The notes: a model not told the origin generated them from the letters alone. A stretch of 64,000 nt of DNA from Escherichia coli (GCF_024223415.1 NZ_CP100500.1); one strand, 5' to 3'; shown: positions 21,493 to 31,062, counted from the stretch's first letter. A program made the numbers and translations.

Positions 21493-21716
21493 ATTGATAT
21501 CAACAATACCATTTACATAAATCTACATTAATTGATAGATGCGATAAATAGTTAATACTCTTAAATATTTGTTGTATTTATATTGCAATGGTTAATTTGT
21601 TTTAAATCAATAAAACAATGTGTTTACATTGCGGCAACTTTTTTGATGTGAGAAATTTGTTTCCAAGAGATACAGACTCTTAACAACCAAAAATAAATTT
21701 TATTAAGGAACATATT

Positions 21717-22259
21717 ATGAAACGTTCAATTATTGCTGCCGCTGTCTTTTCTTCTTTTTTTATGAGCACTGGAGTATTTTCTGCAGACGTTGATACCGGA
21801 ACATTAACTATTAAGGGGAATATTGCAGAATCTCCGTGTAAATTCGAAGCGGGTGGTGATTCAGTAAGTATTAATATGCCGACTGTACCAACCACTGTCT
21901 TTGAAGGTAAAGCTAAATATTCTACCTATGATGATGCAGTCGGTGTAACCAGCAGCATGTTAAAAATTAGCTGCCCGAAAGAAGTTGCTGGTGTAAAACT
22001 CTCGTTGATTACCAACGATAAAATAACCGGTAACGATAAGGCGATAGCCAGTAGCAACGATACCGTGGGGTACTATCTCTATTTAGGTGATAACAGCGAT
22101 GTCCTGGATGTTTCTGCACCTTTTAACATTGAGAGTTATAAAACAGCGGAAGGTCAATATGCTATTCCGTTTAAAGCAAAATACCTGAAACTGACAGATA
22201 ACTCAGTGCAATCAGGTGATGTGTTATCTTCTCTGGTTATGCGTGTGGCGCAGGATTAA
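21717..22259 (+). CDS. yehD: Fimbrial major subunit-like protein YehD
   Basis: 180-aa ORF with signal peptide and fimbrial-subunit-like C-terminus; first gene of chaperone-usher operon. Confidence 0.85.
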   Translation: MKRSIIAAAVFSSFFMSTGVFSADVDTGTLTIKGNIAESPCKFEAGGDSVSINMPTVPTTVFEGKAKYSTYDDAVGVTSSMLKISCPKEVAGVKLSLITNDKITGNDKAIASSNDTVGYYLYLGDNSDVLDVSAPFNIESYKTAEGQYAIPFKAKYLKLTDNSVQSGDVLSSLVMRVAQD

Positions 22260-22293
22260 TAAATAAAATTGTAAGTTTCTCCAGGTAATAAAC

Positions 22294-23013
22294 ATGGCCG
22301 CTATCCCATGGCGGCCTTTTAATTTAAGAGGCATTAAAATGAAAGGATTATTATCTTTACTCATTTTTTCTATGGTCCTTCCTGCACATGCCGGAATTGT
22401 TATCTACGGGACGCGCATTATTTACCCGGCAGAAAATAAAGAAGTGATGGTGCAGTTGATGAACCAGGGAAACCGTTCTTCGCTGCTGCAGGCGTGGATT
22501 GATGATGGCGATACGTCATTACCACCAGAAAAAATTCAGGTTCCTTTCATGTTAACGCCACCAGTGGCAAAAATAGGGGCAAATTCCGGGCAGCAAGTAA
22601 AAATCAAAATTATGCCGAATAAACTGCCCACTAATAAAGAAAGCATTTTTTATCTGAATGTTCTGGATATTCCACCAAATAGTCCAGAGCAAGAAGGTAA
22701 GAATGCACTGAAGTTTGCGATGCAAAACAGAATTAAGTTGTTTTACCGGCCAGCGGGTATTGCTCCGGTAAATAAAGCGACATTTAAAAAATTGCTGGTA
22801 AATCGCAGTGGCAATGGTTTGGTGATAAAAAATGACTCAGCTAATTGGGTGACGATTTCGGATGTCAAAGCTAATAATGTTAAAGTCAATTATGAAACTA
22901 TTATGATTGCCCCCTTAGAAAGTCAGAGTGTTAATGTCAAAAGTAATAATGCAAATAACTGGTATCTGACCATTATCGATGACCACGGCAACTATATTAG
23001 TGACAAAATTTAA
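22294..23013 (+). CDS. yehC: Periplasmic fimbrial chaperone YehC
   Basis: PapD-like chaperone features; the actual start may be the internal ATG at 22339 (MKGLLSLL signal peptide). Confidence 0.8.
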   Translation: MAAIPWRPFNLRGIKMKGLLSLLIFSMVLPAHAGIVIYGTRIIYPAENKEVMVQLMNQGNRSSLLQAWIDDGDTSLPPEKIQVPFMLTPPVAKIGANSGQQVKIKIMPNKLPTNKESIFYLNVLDIPPNSPEQEGKNALKFAMQNRIKLFYRPAGIAPVNKATFKKLLVNRSGNGLVIKNDSANWVTISDVKANNVKVNYETIMIAPLESQSVNVKSNNANNWYLTIIDDHGNYISDKI

Positions 23014-23028
23014 TTGCAGGAGCTGCCT

Positions 23029-25509
23029 ATGTTGAGAATGACCCCACTTGCATCAGCAATCGTAGCGTTATTGCTCGGCATTGAAGCTTATGCAGCTGAA
23101 GAAACCTTTGATACCCATTTTATGATAGGTGGAATGAAAGACCAGCAGGTTGCAAATATTCGTCTTGATGATAATCAACCCTTGCCGGGGCAGTATGACA
23201 TCGATATTTATGTCAATAAGCAATGGCGCGGGAAATATGAGATCATTGTTAAAGACAACCCGCAAGAAACATGTTTATCAAGAGAAGTTATCAAGCGGTT
23301 AGGCATTAATAGCGATAACTTCGCCAGCGGTAAGCAATGTTTAACATTTGAGCAACTTGTTCAGGGGGGGAGCTATAGCTGGGATATCGGGGTTTTTCGT
23401 CTCGATTTCAGTGTCCCGCAGGCTTGGGTGGAAGAACTGGAAAGTGGCTATGTTCCACCGGAAAACTGGGAGCGGGGTATTAATGCGTTTTATACCTCTT
23501 ATTATGTGAGTCAGTATTACAGCGACTATAAAGCGTCGGGTAATAACAAGAGTACATATGTACGTTTTAACAGCGGGTTAAATTTACTGGGGTGGCAACT
23601 GCATTCTGATGCCAGTTTCAGTAAAACAAATAACAATCCAGGGGTGTGGAAAAGCAATACCCTGTATCTGGAACGTGGATTTGCCCAACTTCTCGGCACG
23701 CTTCGCGTGGGTGATATGTACACATCAAGCGATATTTTTGATTCTGTTCGCTTCAGCGGTGTGCGGTTGTTTCGTGATATGCAGATGTTGCCTAACTCGA
23801 AACAAAATTTTACGCCACGGGTGCAGGGGATTGCTCAGAGTAACGCGCTGGTAACTATTGAACAGAATGGTTTTGTGGTTTATCAGAAAGAGGTTCCTCC
23901 TGGCCCGTTTGCGATTACAGATTTGCAGTTGGCCGGTGGTGGAGCGGATCTTGATGTCAGCGTGAAAGAGGCGGACGGTTCGGTAACCACCTATCTGGTG
24001 CCTTATGCAGCGGTGCCAAATATGCTGCAACCCGGCGTGTCGAAATATGATTTTGCGGCGGGTCGTAGCCATATTGAAGGGGCGAGCAAACAAAGTGATT
24101 TTGTCCAGGCGGGTTATCAGTATGGTTTTAATAACTTATTGACGCTGTATGGTGGCTCGATGGTTGCTAATAATTACTATGCCTTTACTTTGGGGACTGG
24201 CTGGAATACACGCATTGGTGCCATTTCCGTCGATGCCACGAAGTCGCATAGTAAACAAGACAACGGCGATGTGTTTGACGGGCAAAGTTATCAAATTGCC
24301 TACAACAAATTTGTGAGCCAAACGTCGACGCGTTTTGGTCTGGCGGCCTGGCGTTATTCGTCGCGTGATTACCGGACATTTAACGATCACGTTTGGGCAA
24401 ACAATAAAGATAATTATCGCCGTGATGAAAACGATGTCTATGACATTGCCGATTATTACCAGAATGATTTTGGTCGCAAAAATAGCTTTTCCGCCAATAT
24501 GAGCCAGTCATTGCCAGAAGGTTGGGGGTCTGTGTCATTAAGTACGTTATGGCGAGATTACTGGGGGCGTAGCGGCAGTAGTAAGGATTATCAGTTGAGT
24601 TATTCCAACAACCTGCGACGGATAAGCTATACCCTCGCGGCAAGCCAGGCTTATGACGAGAATCATCATGAAGAGAAACGTTTTAATATTTTTATATCGA
24701 TTCCCTTTGATTGGGGTGATGACGTTTCGACGCCTCGTCGGCAAATATATATGTCTAACTCAACGACGTTTGATGATCAGGGGTTTGCCTCAAATAATAC
24801 GGGATTATCAGGAACAGTAGGGAGTCGGGATCAGTTCAATTATGGTGTCAACCTGAGTCATCAACATCAGGGAAATGAAACGACAGCTGGGGCGAATTTG
24901 ACCTGGAACGCGCCGGTTGCGACAGTGAATGGCAGTTATAGTCAGTCGAGTACTTATCGACAGGCTGGAGCCAGTGTTTCAGGGGGCATTGTCGCCTGGT
25001 CGGGTGGCGTTAATCTGGCGAACCGTCTTTCCGAAACGTTTGCTGTGATGAATGCGCCAGGAATTAAAGATGCTTATGTCAATGGGCAAAAATATCGCAC
25101 AACAAACCGTAATGGAGTGGTGATATACGACGGAATGACACCTTATCGGGAAAATCACCTGATGCTGGATGTGTCGCAAAGCGATAGCGAAGCAGAATTA
25201 CGTGGCAACCGGAAAATTGCCGCCCCTTATCGCGGCGCGGTTGTACTGGTTAATTTTGATACCGATCAGCGCAAGCCCTGGTTTATTAAAGCGTTAAGAG
25301 CGGATGGTCAACCATTAATGTTTGGTTATGAAGTCAATGATATCCATGGTCATAATATTGGCGTTGTCGGCCAGGGAAGCCAGTTATTTATTCGCACCAA
25401 TGAAGTACCGCCATCGGTTAATGTGGCAATTGATAAGCAACAAGGACTTTCATGCACAATCACCTTCGGTAAAGAGATTGATGAAAGTAGAAATTATATT
25501 TGCCAGTAA
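23029..25509 (+). CDS. yehB: Outer-membrane fimbrial usher YehB
   Basis: 826-aa usher-like ORF with signal peptide MLRMTPLASAIVALLLG. Confidence 0.85.
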   Translation: MLRMTPLASAIVALLLGIEAYAAEETFDTHFMIGGMKDQQVANIRLDDNQPLPGQYDIDIYVNKQWRGKYEIIVKDNPQETCLSREVIKRLGINSDNFASGKQCLTFEQLVQGGSYSWDIGVFRLDFSVPQAWVEELESGYVPPENWERGINAFYTSYYVSQYYSDYKASGNNKSTYVRFNSGLNLLGWQLHSDASFSKTNNNPGVWKSNTLYLERGFAQLLGTLRVGDMYTSSDIFDSVRFSGVRLFRDMQMLPNSKQNFTPRVQGIAQSNALVTIEQNGFVVYQKEVPPGPFAITDLQLAGGGADLDVSVKEADGSVTTYLVPYAAVPNMLQPGVSKYDFAAGRSHIEGASKQSDFVQAGYQYGFNNLLTLYGGSMVANNYYAFTLGTGWNTRIGAISVDATKSHSKQDNGDVFDGQSYQIAYNKFVSQTSTRFGLAAWRYSSRDYRTFNDHVWANNKDNYRRDENDVYDIADYYQNDFGRKNSFSANMSQSLPEGWGSVSLSTLWRDYWGRSGSSKDYQLSYSNNLRRISYTLAASQAYDENHHEEKRFNIFISIPFDWGDDVSTPRRQIYMSNSTTFDDQGFASNNTGLSGTVGSRDQFNYGVNLSHQHQGNETTAGANLTWNAPVATVNGSYSQSSTYRQAGASVSGGIVAWSGGVNLANRLSETFAVMNAPGIKDAYVNGQKYRTTNRNGVVIYDGMTPYRENHLMLDVSQSDSEAELRGNRKIAAPYRGAVVLVNFDTDQRKPWFIKALRADGQPLMFGYEVNDIHGHNIGVVGQGSQLFIRTNEVPPSVNVAIDKQQGLSCTITFGKEIDESRNYICQ

Positions 25510-25524
25510 TAGTCAGGTGGTTCT

Positions 25525-26559
25525 ATGGAAATTCGCATAATGCTATTTATATTAATGATGATGGTTATGCCTGTGAGCTATGCGGCATGTTATAGTGAGT
25601 TATCTGTTCAGCACAATTTGGTTGTTCAGGGGGATTTTGCACTTACTCAAACACAAATGGCGACATATGAGCATAATTTTAATGATTCGTCATGCGTGAG
25701 TACAAATACTATCACCCCTATGAGCCCGTCGGATATTATTGTTGGACTTTATAACGATACCATTAAATTAAATTTACATTTTGAATGGACCAATAAAAAC
25801 AACATCACGTTGTCAAATAATCAGACCAGTTTCACCAGTGGTTATTCAGTTACGGTGACACCTGCGGCCAGTAATGCAAAAGTGAATGTTTCTGCGGGGG
25901 GCGGCGGTTCAGTGATGATTAATGGTGTTGCGACATTATCCAGTGCTTCATCATCGACACGCGGGAGTGCCGCAGTACAATTTCTACTGTGTTTATTAGG
26001 TGGCAAGTCATGGGATGCATGTGTAAATAGCTACAGAAATGCATTGGCACAAAATGCAGGTGTCTATTCCTTTAATCTGACATTGTCATACAACCCGATA
26101 ACCACAACCTGCAAACCGGACGATTTATTAATTACTTTAGACAGTATTCCCGTTTCACAATTACCAGCCACAGGTAACAAAGCAACAATAAATAGTAAAA
26201 AAGAGGATATTATTCTGCGTTGTAAAAATTTATTAGGTCAACAAAATCAAACATCACGGAAAATGCAGGTGTATTTATCAAGTTCTGACTTGTTAACCAA
26301 CAGCAACACAATACTGAAAGGTGCGGAAGATAATGGCGTAGGATTTATTCTTGAAAGTAATGGTTCGCCAGTCACACTTTTAAATATCACTAACAGCAGT
26401 AAAGGATACACAAATTTAAAAGAAATTGCGGCAAAGTCAAAACTTACAGATACAACGGTTTCAATTCCGATAACAGCCAGTTACTACGTCTACGATACAA
26501 ATAAAATTAAATCTGGCGCACTGGAGGCAACCGCATTAATCAACGTGAAATACGACTAA
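25525..26559 (+). CDS. yehA: Fimbrial adhesin-like protein YehA
   Basis: 344-aa ORF with signal peptide, last gene of the chaperone-usher cluster. Confidence 0.8.
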   Translation: MEIRIMLFILMMMVMPVSYAACYSELSVQHNLVVQGDFALTQTQMATYEHNFNDSSCVSTNTITPMSPSDIIVGLYNDTIKLNLHFEWTNKNNITLSNNQTSFTSGYSVTVTPAASNAKVNVSAGGGGSVMINGVATLSSASSSTRGSAAVQFLLCLLGGKSWDACVNSYRNALAQNAGVYSFNLTLSYNPITTTCKPDDLLITLDSIPVSQLPATGNKATINSKKEDIILRCKNLLGQQNQTSRKMQVYLSSSDLLTNSNTILKGAEDNGVGFILESNGSPVTLLNITNSSKGYTNLKEIAAKSKLTDTTVSIPITASYYVYDTNKIKSGALEATALINVKYD

Positions 26560-26614
26560 TAACAAGCAAGACGAGCAAGTGGCTAATAATAAAAAATAAC
26601 AAGGTGTCTGCATT

Positions 26615-26645
26615 TCCCCCTCATGATGAGGGGGCTTTTTTTAGC
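26615..26645. terminator. Bidirectional intrinsic terminator between yehA and rcnB
   Basis: Stem ccccctca/tgaggggg followed by T-run. Confidence 0.55.
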
Positions 26646-26979
26646 GATGATAAAAAATCTCACCGTCGTAGGCTTTAATGATTTTACCGTCGGTGTCGCT
26701 GATCAACACGTACGCGCCACCCATATAGGTCCAGTGCGTCCCGGCATCAGGCGCGGGCAGGTTACGTAACTGCCACTGCTTAATGTTGTACTCATCGGTG
26801 CGGTACATCTCTGGGACGGTATCACCTGGTTTGAAATGCTTAAAGTCAGCAATGAAACTACTTAACTCATACTTAGAAATTCCCGAGGTATTGGTCGAAC
26901 CCGCGGTGGCTGGTGCGGCCCAGGCGGCACTGGTAACCAGCAAAAGCACACCCAGCAACATCTTATTTTTAATGGTCAT
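26641..26979 (-). CDS. rcnB: Periplasmic nickel/cobalt homeostasis protein RcnB (YohN)
   Basis: 112-aa protein beginning MTIKNKMLLGVLLLVTSAAWA (signal peptide); internal start chosen. Confidence 0.85.
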   Translation of the reverse strand: MTIKNKMLLGVLLLVTSAAWAAPATAGSTNTSGISKYELSSFIADFKHFKPGDTVPEMYRTDEYNIKQWQLRNLPAPDAGTHWTYMGGAYVLISDTDGKIIKAYDGEIFYHR

Positions 26980-27197
26980 AAACTCTCCACTTTGGGGATC
27001 TGTAATATCAGTCGCATATCTTTCCTGCCATACAATATAACTGACAAGCGATATTTTGTTAGTGATCCCATGATTTCGTAAAAAGTGTAAATGAAAGGAT
27101 GCCCTAAAAGCATCCTTAGCGAGCAGAGAGTCAGCGGAAATAGCTGATTTAAGAATCATCCTGGGCTGAAGATAACATGCAAGCCTAAAGGATTGAG

Positions 27198-28022
27198 TTA
27201 TCGCATTATGCCCATGAAGCCATGTACGCCCATATACACACCGACTAAGCCAATCAACAGACTGGAAAAATAGGGGGCGCGTTTAGCGAGAGTGTTAAAT
27301 CCGCTCCAGCGTTTTGCGACCTGCTGAACGCTGATTGCTGCGCCAACGCCTACGGTGACAAGCGTTAACGCCAGGCCAATGCTGAAACTGACGACCAGTG
27401 TTGCGCCCAGTGTCAGGGCTTTCAACTGAATGCAAATCAACAGCACGGTAATTGCTGCCGGACAGGGGATAAGACCACCTGTTAAGCCAAATAACAAAAT
27501 TTGCCAGTTGGTGACCTCTCTACCATCAAAGCGTCGTTTAATATCATTGGCATGGGCTCGTGCATGGGCATCCTGATACTCGCCATGTTCGTGATGGTGA
27601 TGATGTCCATGGTCGTGGTGATCTTCGTGATCGTGGTGATGATGTTCATGATCATACTCGTGCATATTCTCCAGCCAGTTGCGTTCGCCGCGCCAGGTAC
27701 GCCAGAACATCCAGAACGCGGTGCCAATAATGATCACTGCGGAAATCAGCTGGAGCCACGGTTCTGCTGATTGAGCAGTAAAGCGCTTGCTGATCACCAT
27801 CCCGCCAAAGGCAATTAACCAGACCACTGCGGTATGCGAAATAGTTGCTGCCAGTCCGAGCATCACCGCCTGTTTAATGGTGCCTTTGATGGCGATGATA
27901 AACGCCGCCATCATCGTTTTTGAGTGCCCTGGTTCCAGGCCATGAAGCGCACCAAGTAAGATGGCGCTGGGGATGAAGAACCAGGCGTTTCCTTGCTGAA
28001 GAAGAGTTGTAAATTCGGTCAT
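27198..28022 (-). CDS. rcnA: Nickel/cobalt efflux protein RcnA
   Basis: Membrane protein with a long His-rich loop (HEYDHEHHHHDHEDHHDHGHHHHHEHGE) visible in translation. Confidence 0.9.
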   Translation of the reverse strand: MTEFTTLLQQGNAWFFIPSAILLGALHGLEPGHSKTMMAAFIIAIKGTIKQAVMLGLAATISHTAVVWLIAFGGMVISKRFTAQSAEPWLQLISAVIIIGTAFWMFWRTWRGERNWLENMHEYDHEHHHHDHEDHHDHGHHHHHEHGEYQDAHARAHANDIKRRFDGREVTNWQILLFGLTGGLIPCPAAITVLLICIQLKALTLGATLVVSFSIGLALTLVTVGVGAAISVQQVAKRWSGFNTLAKRAPYFSSLLIGLVGVYMGVHGFMGIMR

Positions 28023-28059
28023 GATAATAATTCTTAGTATTAATTCGGCAATCTGATTC

Positions 28060-28095
28060 TACTCCCCCCCCAGTACCTGATACTACCCCCCAGTA
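28060..28095. promoter_or_regulatory. Two RcnR operator-like sites (TACT-C-tract-AGTA) in the rcnA-rcnR divergent region
   Basis: tactccccccccagta at 28060-28075 and tactaccccccagta at 28081-28095. Confidence 0.7.
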
Positions 28096-28143
28096 GATTA
28101 ATAGTGCTATGATTTTTCATATTCTTGTTAACCAGGTGTTGCC

Positions 28144-28416
28144 ATGTCTCATACAATCCGTGATAAACAGAAACTGAAAGCGCGTGCCAGTAAGATTCAG
28201 GGCCAGGTCGTGGCGCTCAAGAAAATGCTCGACGAGCCGCACGAATGCGCTGCAGTTTTACAACAGATTGCTGCTATCCGTGGCGCGGTAAACGGTCTGA
28301 TGCGGGAAGTGATTAAAGGTCATCTGACGGAACACATCGTTCACCAGGGGGATGAGCTAAAACGTGAAGAAGATCTGGATGTCGTTCTGAAGGTGCTGGA
28401 TTCATATATCAAATAA
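28144..28416 (+). CDS. rcnR: Ni/Co-responsive transcriptional repressor RcnR
   Basis: 90-aa CsoR/RcnR-family protein. Confidence 0.9.
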
Positions 28417-28504
28417 TTTATTAACGCGATTGTAAAACTGCCGTTTTTCCTCGTTTACAACGCGTGCGCTGGACATTACCATCCTCCTCTGCGATTTATC
28501 ATCG

Positions 28505-28557
28505 CAACCAAACGACTCGGGGTGCCCTTCTGCGTGAAGGCTGAGAAATACCCGTAT
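28505..28557 (+). ncRNA. 5' fragment of thiM TPP riboswitch aptamer, severed from thiMD by the island insertion
   Basis: Sequence aaccaaacgactcggggtgcccttctgcgtgaaggctgagaaatacccgtat matches the 5' half of the thiM thi-box leader, then diverges into island DNA. Confidence 0.75.
28544..28557. repeat. attL core: 14-bp direct repeat AGAAATACCCGTAT
   Basis: Identical 14-mer found again at 39954-39967 at the other island boundary; both lie within riboswitch sequence. Confidence 0.75.
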
Positions 28558-28643
28558 TTTCTCATTTAGTGTTTTTTGTGGTTCGGGGTTGTTCGTGGTT
28601 GTTTGTGTATGTGTTTGATATATATTGAATTATTGTGTTTTCT

Positions 28644-28718
28644 TGTTTGTTGTTGTTCGTCGTTGTTCGTAGAGCTTCAACAAAATGTGTGGTCAGTTGT
28701 GTGGTCAGTTTTTTGAGG
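28644..28718. repeat. Left copy of ~75-bp near-identical direct repeat just inside the island end
   Basis: ttgttcgtcgttgttcgtagagcttcaacaaaatgtgtggtcagttgtgtggtcagtttt shared with 39821-39895; contains internal TTGTTCGT and TGTGGTCAGTT sub-repeats. Confidence 0.85.
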
Positions 28719-28745
28719 CTGGAGGACTGAAAAGAGGATCTGATA

Positions 28746-29969
28746 GTGGGAAAAGCACTAAACAAACTGAGCGATTCGACGTTAAAAAAATTGGCGTCTG
28801 TCCAAGCAGAAAAAGAGCGTTTTTACTCCGACGGGGGCGGGCTGGAGATTAAACACTCAAAGGGCGGCAAATTAACCTGGTATTTCCGGTACCGAACGGG
28901 AGGCCGTGAGGTTGCCGCAGAGCGGTTAAAGCTGGGGGCTTACCCTGAATTGTCGCTGAAAGCTGCAAGGGAAAAACGCGCACAGTGCCGGGCATGGCTG
29001 GCTGAGGGTAAAAACCCCCGTTATGAGTTGTGCGCCACAGTACAGGAAGCGCTAAAACCCGTTACGGTGAAGGAGGCGATTAACTACTGGCTGGATGAAT
29101 ATGCGAAGGATAACCGCAAAGACTACATAAAGCTGGTGCAACGTATGGATAAGCACATCATTTGCCATATAGGGGCAATTCCCCTTGATAAGTGTGATAC
29201 AAGGCAGTGGATCGCATGTTTTGACCGTGTACGAAAAAAAGCACCAGTAGCAGCAGGGCACGTCATGCAAACCTGCAAACAGGCGCTAAAGTTCTGCCGC
29301 AGGAGACGCTACGCGTTCAGTAATGCCCTGGACGATTTGATCGTCAGCGATGTGGGTAAGAGAGCAGAAATTCGCGAGAGGGTGCACAGCAACAGCGAAT
29401 TAAAGGAAATTTTACGCGCTATTGATGGTGATGTGTTCGCGCCTTACTACAGCGCGTTAATGCGCTTGCTGATTGTGTTCGGGTGCAGAACGGCAGAGGT
29501 CAGACTTTCAGAGATCAAAGAATGGGATCTGAAAGAAATGTTGTGGACAGTGCCAAAAGAGCATAGCAAAACGAAGGTAACGATATTCAGGCCAATCCCC
29601 GATGGCATTTTGCCGTTCATTCAGAAGCTGGTGGAGCAGAACCGGCATACAGGGTTATTACTCGGAGAACTGAAAAAAGATACCACGGTAGCGCAATATG
29701 GGCGAAATGCGCATAAGCGGCTTAACCAGGAACACTGGACGCTGCATGACTTTCGCCACACGTTTACAACGATGCTGAACGATTTAGGTGTCGATCCGCA
29801 TATCGTGGAGCACATCACAGCGCATCAGATGCCCGGTCAGCAAAAAACCTATAACCATTCACGCTATTTACAGGCGAAGCGAGACGCTCTGAATCTGTGG
29901 GTTGAGCGCCTCGATGTGCTGGCTGGAAATCATGAAAATATTGTCATATTAAGGGCTGAAAATGAATAA
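28746..29969 (+). CDS. int: Tyrosine recombinase, P4-type integrase
   Basis: N-terminal arm-binding-like segment (SDGGGLEIKHSKGGKLTWYFRYR) and C-terminal catalytic region (HDFRHTFTT...); apparent GTG start. Confidence 0.9.
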   Translation: MGKALNKLSDSTLKKLASVQAEKERFYSDGGGLEIKHSKGGKLTWYFRYRTGGREVAAERLKLGAYPELSLKAAREKRAQCRAWLAEGKNPRYELCATVQEALKPVTVKEAINYWLDEYAKDNRKDYIKLVQRMDKHIICHIGAIPLDKCDTRQWIACFDRVRKKAPVAAGHVMQTCKQALKFCRRRRYAFSNALDDLIVSDVGKRAEIRERVHSNSELKEILRAIDGDVFAPYYSALMRLLIVFGCRTAEVRLSEIKEWDLKEMLWTVPKEHSKTKVTIFRPIPDGILPFIQKLVEQNRHTGLLLGELKKDTTVAQYGRNAHKRLNQEHWTLHDFRHTFTTMLNDLGVDPHIVEHITAHQMPGQQKTYNHSRYLQAKRDALNLWVERLDVLAGNHENIVILRAENE

Positions 29970-30747
29970 TCTGGGCCGTGTATATCATACGCTGCCAATG
30001 GCAGCTAAAAAAATGGGATGTACTGTAGAGGATATTCTACATTTTGGTGCAACTAACCGACTTGAAATATGTGCGTATATTGATGATATTGAACAGAGAA
30101 AAGATTATTGCACTTTTAATGTGTTTTTTGATAATGAAGATAGCGAGAATAGTTTTTCTAAAACTATAAATAAATATAATTCCATATTTACTGACATGTA
30201 TGAAATATCATTGTTTAATTATAATGATGAGTTTTGTGTTGATGATGAGCGTATGGTTATTGAAGGTTTGTATGCTAATCATATGAAAGGCTTTTTTGCA
30301 ATACCATCTGAATTTCTTGTCGAAGTTGAATTGTCAAGTGCCTGTGAAATCATAAATCTATCGCCTCGTTATTTATATACACCGAAAGGTTATGGTGATT
30401 ATATTCGGTTGGATAGTATAGAAGGTCTTTCTATTCCAGAAAACAGGCTCGTGATATTCGATAGTGAGATATCGGGTTTTAATTATCAAAAGAAACCTAA
30501 ATATGCCGGAGGTGAAAGAGAATCACCTAAAACCAGAGCTAAAAAAGCCGAGATAATACCTGCTCTCATAAAACTGATCCCTGAGATGCAAGATGTGGAT
30601 TTGGAGGATACACCCGTATCCAAAATTGCAGAAATGATAGAGGTTATTGCTGCACAAAGAGGGGTTGAGTTACCTAGCACTCACAGGCAGACATGGCAGA
30701 AATATTTAGGGCGTGATGCTGGTGACGTTCCAAAACGTCAAAAGTGA
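29962..30747 (+). CDS. Hypothetical cargo protein, AT-rich, translationally coupled to int
   Basis: 261-aa ORF overlapping int stop by 8 bp; noticeably lower GC than flanks; no motif recognised. Confidence 0.6.
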   Translation: MNNLGRVYHTLPMAAKKMGCTVEDILHFGATNRLEICAYIDDIEQRKDYCTFNVFFDNEDSENSFSKTINKYNSIFTDMYEISLFNYNDEFCVDDERMVIEGLYANHMKGFFAIPSEFLVEVELSSACEIINLSPRYLYTPKGYGDYIRLDSIEGLSIPENRLVIFDSEISGFNYQKKPKYAGGERESPKTRAKKAEIIPALIKLIPEMQDVDLEDTPVSKIAEMIEVIAAQRGVELPSTHRQTWQKYLGRDAGDVPKRQK

Positions 30748-30803
30748 TATCACGTACAGATAGTGTGATATCACACAAACGGCATTTTACCACCGCCTAG
30801 AAT

Positions 30804-30837
30804 CGTCCTCGTTCGGCAACGTTCGAGGACGTTTTTT
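30804..30837 (+). terminator. Hairpin plus T-run immediately upstream of alpA start
   Basis: cgtcctcg...cgaggacg followed by TTTTTT then ATG; the 3' arm contains the GAGGA Shine-Dalgarno-like sequence. Confidence 0.5.
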
Positions 30838-31062
30838 ATGAATCAAAATACACAATTTCAATCACTATCAGATCGCGTAATCCGTGAGGATGAATGCCGT
30901 AAGTTAACAGGAGTGTGCCGCACTACACGCTACGAACTGGAGAAAAAAGGGAGCTTTCCGTCTCGCCGTAATCTTGGTGGGCGTTCTGTAGGTTGGCTGC
31001 TGTCCGAGGTTATGGAATGGGTTAAAAGCCGGGATCGCATTAATTCAGGCAAGGCAGCGTAA
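30838..31062 (+). CDS. alpA: AlpA-family phage transcriptional regulator
   Basis: 74-aa small HTH protein with typical AlpA-like pattern (SDRVIREDECRKLTGVCRTTRYELEKKGSFP). Confidence 0.8.
   Translation: MNQNTQFQSLSDRVIREDECRKLTGVCRTTRYELEKKGSFPSRRNLGGRSVGWLLSEVMEWVKSRDRINSGKAA

Noticed and set aside
27482-27770. Short ORFs on both strands encoding His-rich or Met/Val-rich peptides
   Set aside because: Alternate-frame and antisense artefacts of the repetitive His-codon tract inside rcnA.
28562-28765. 67-aa minus-strand ORF at the island left end
   Set aside because: Lies entirely over the att arm and direct-repeat region and is antisense to the int start; low-complexity translation, likely spurious.
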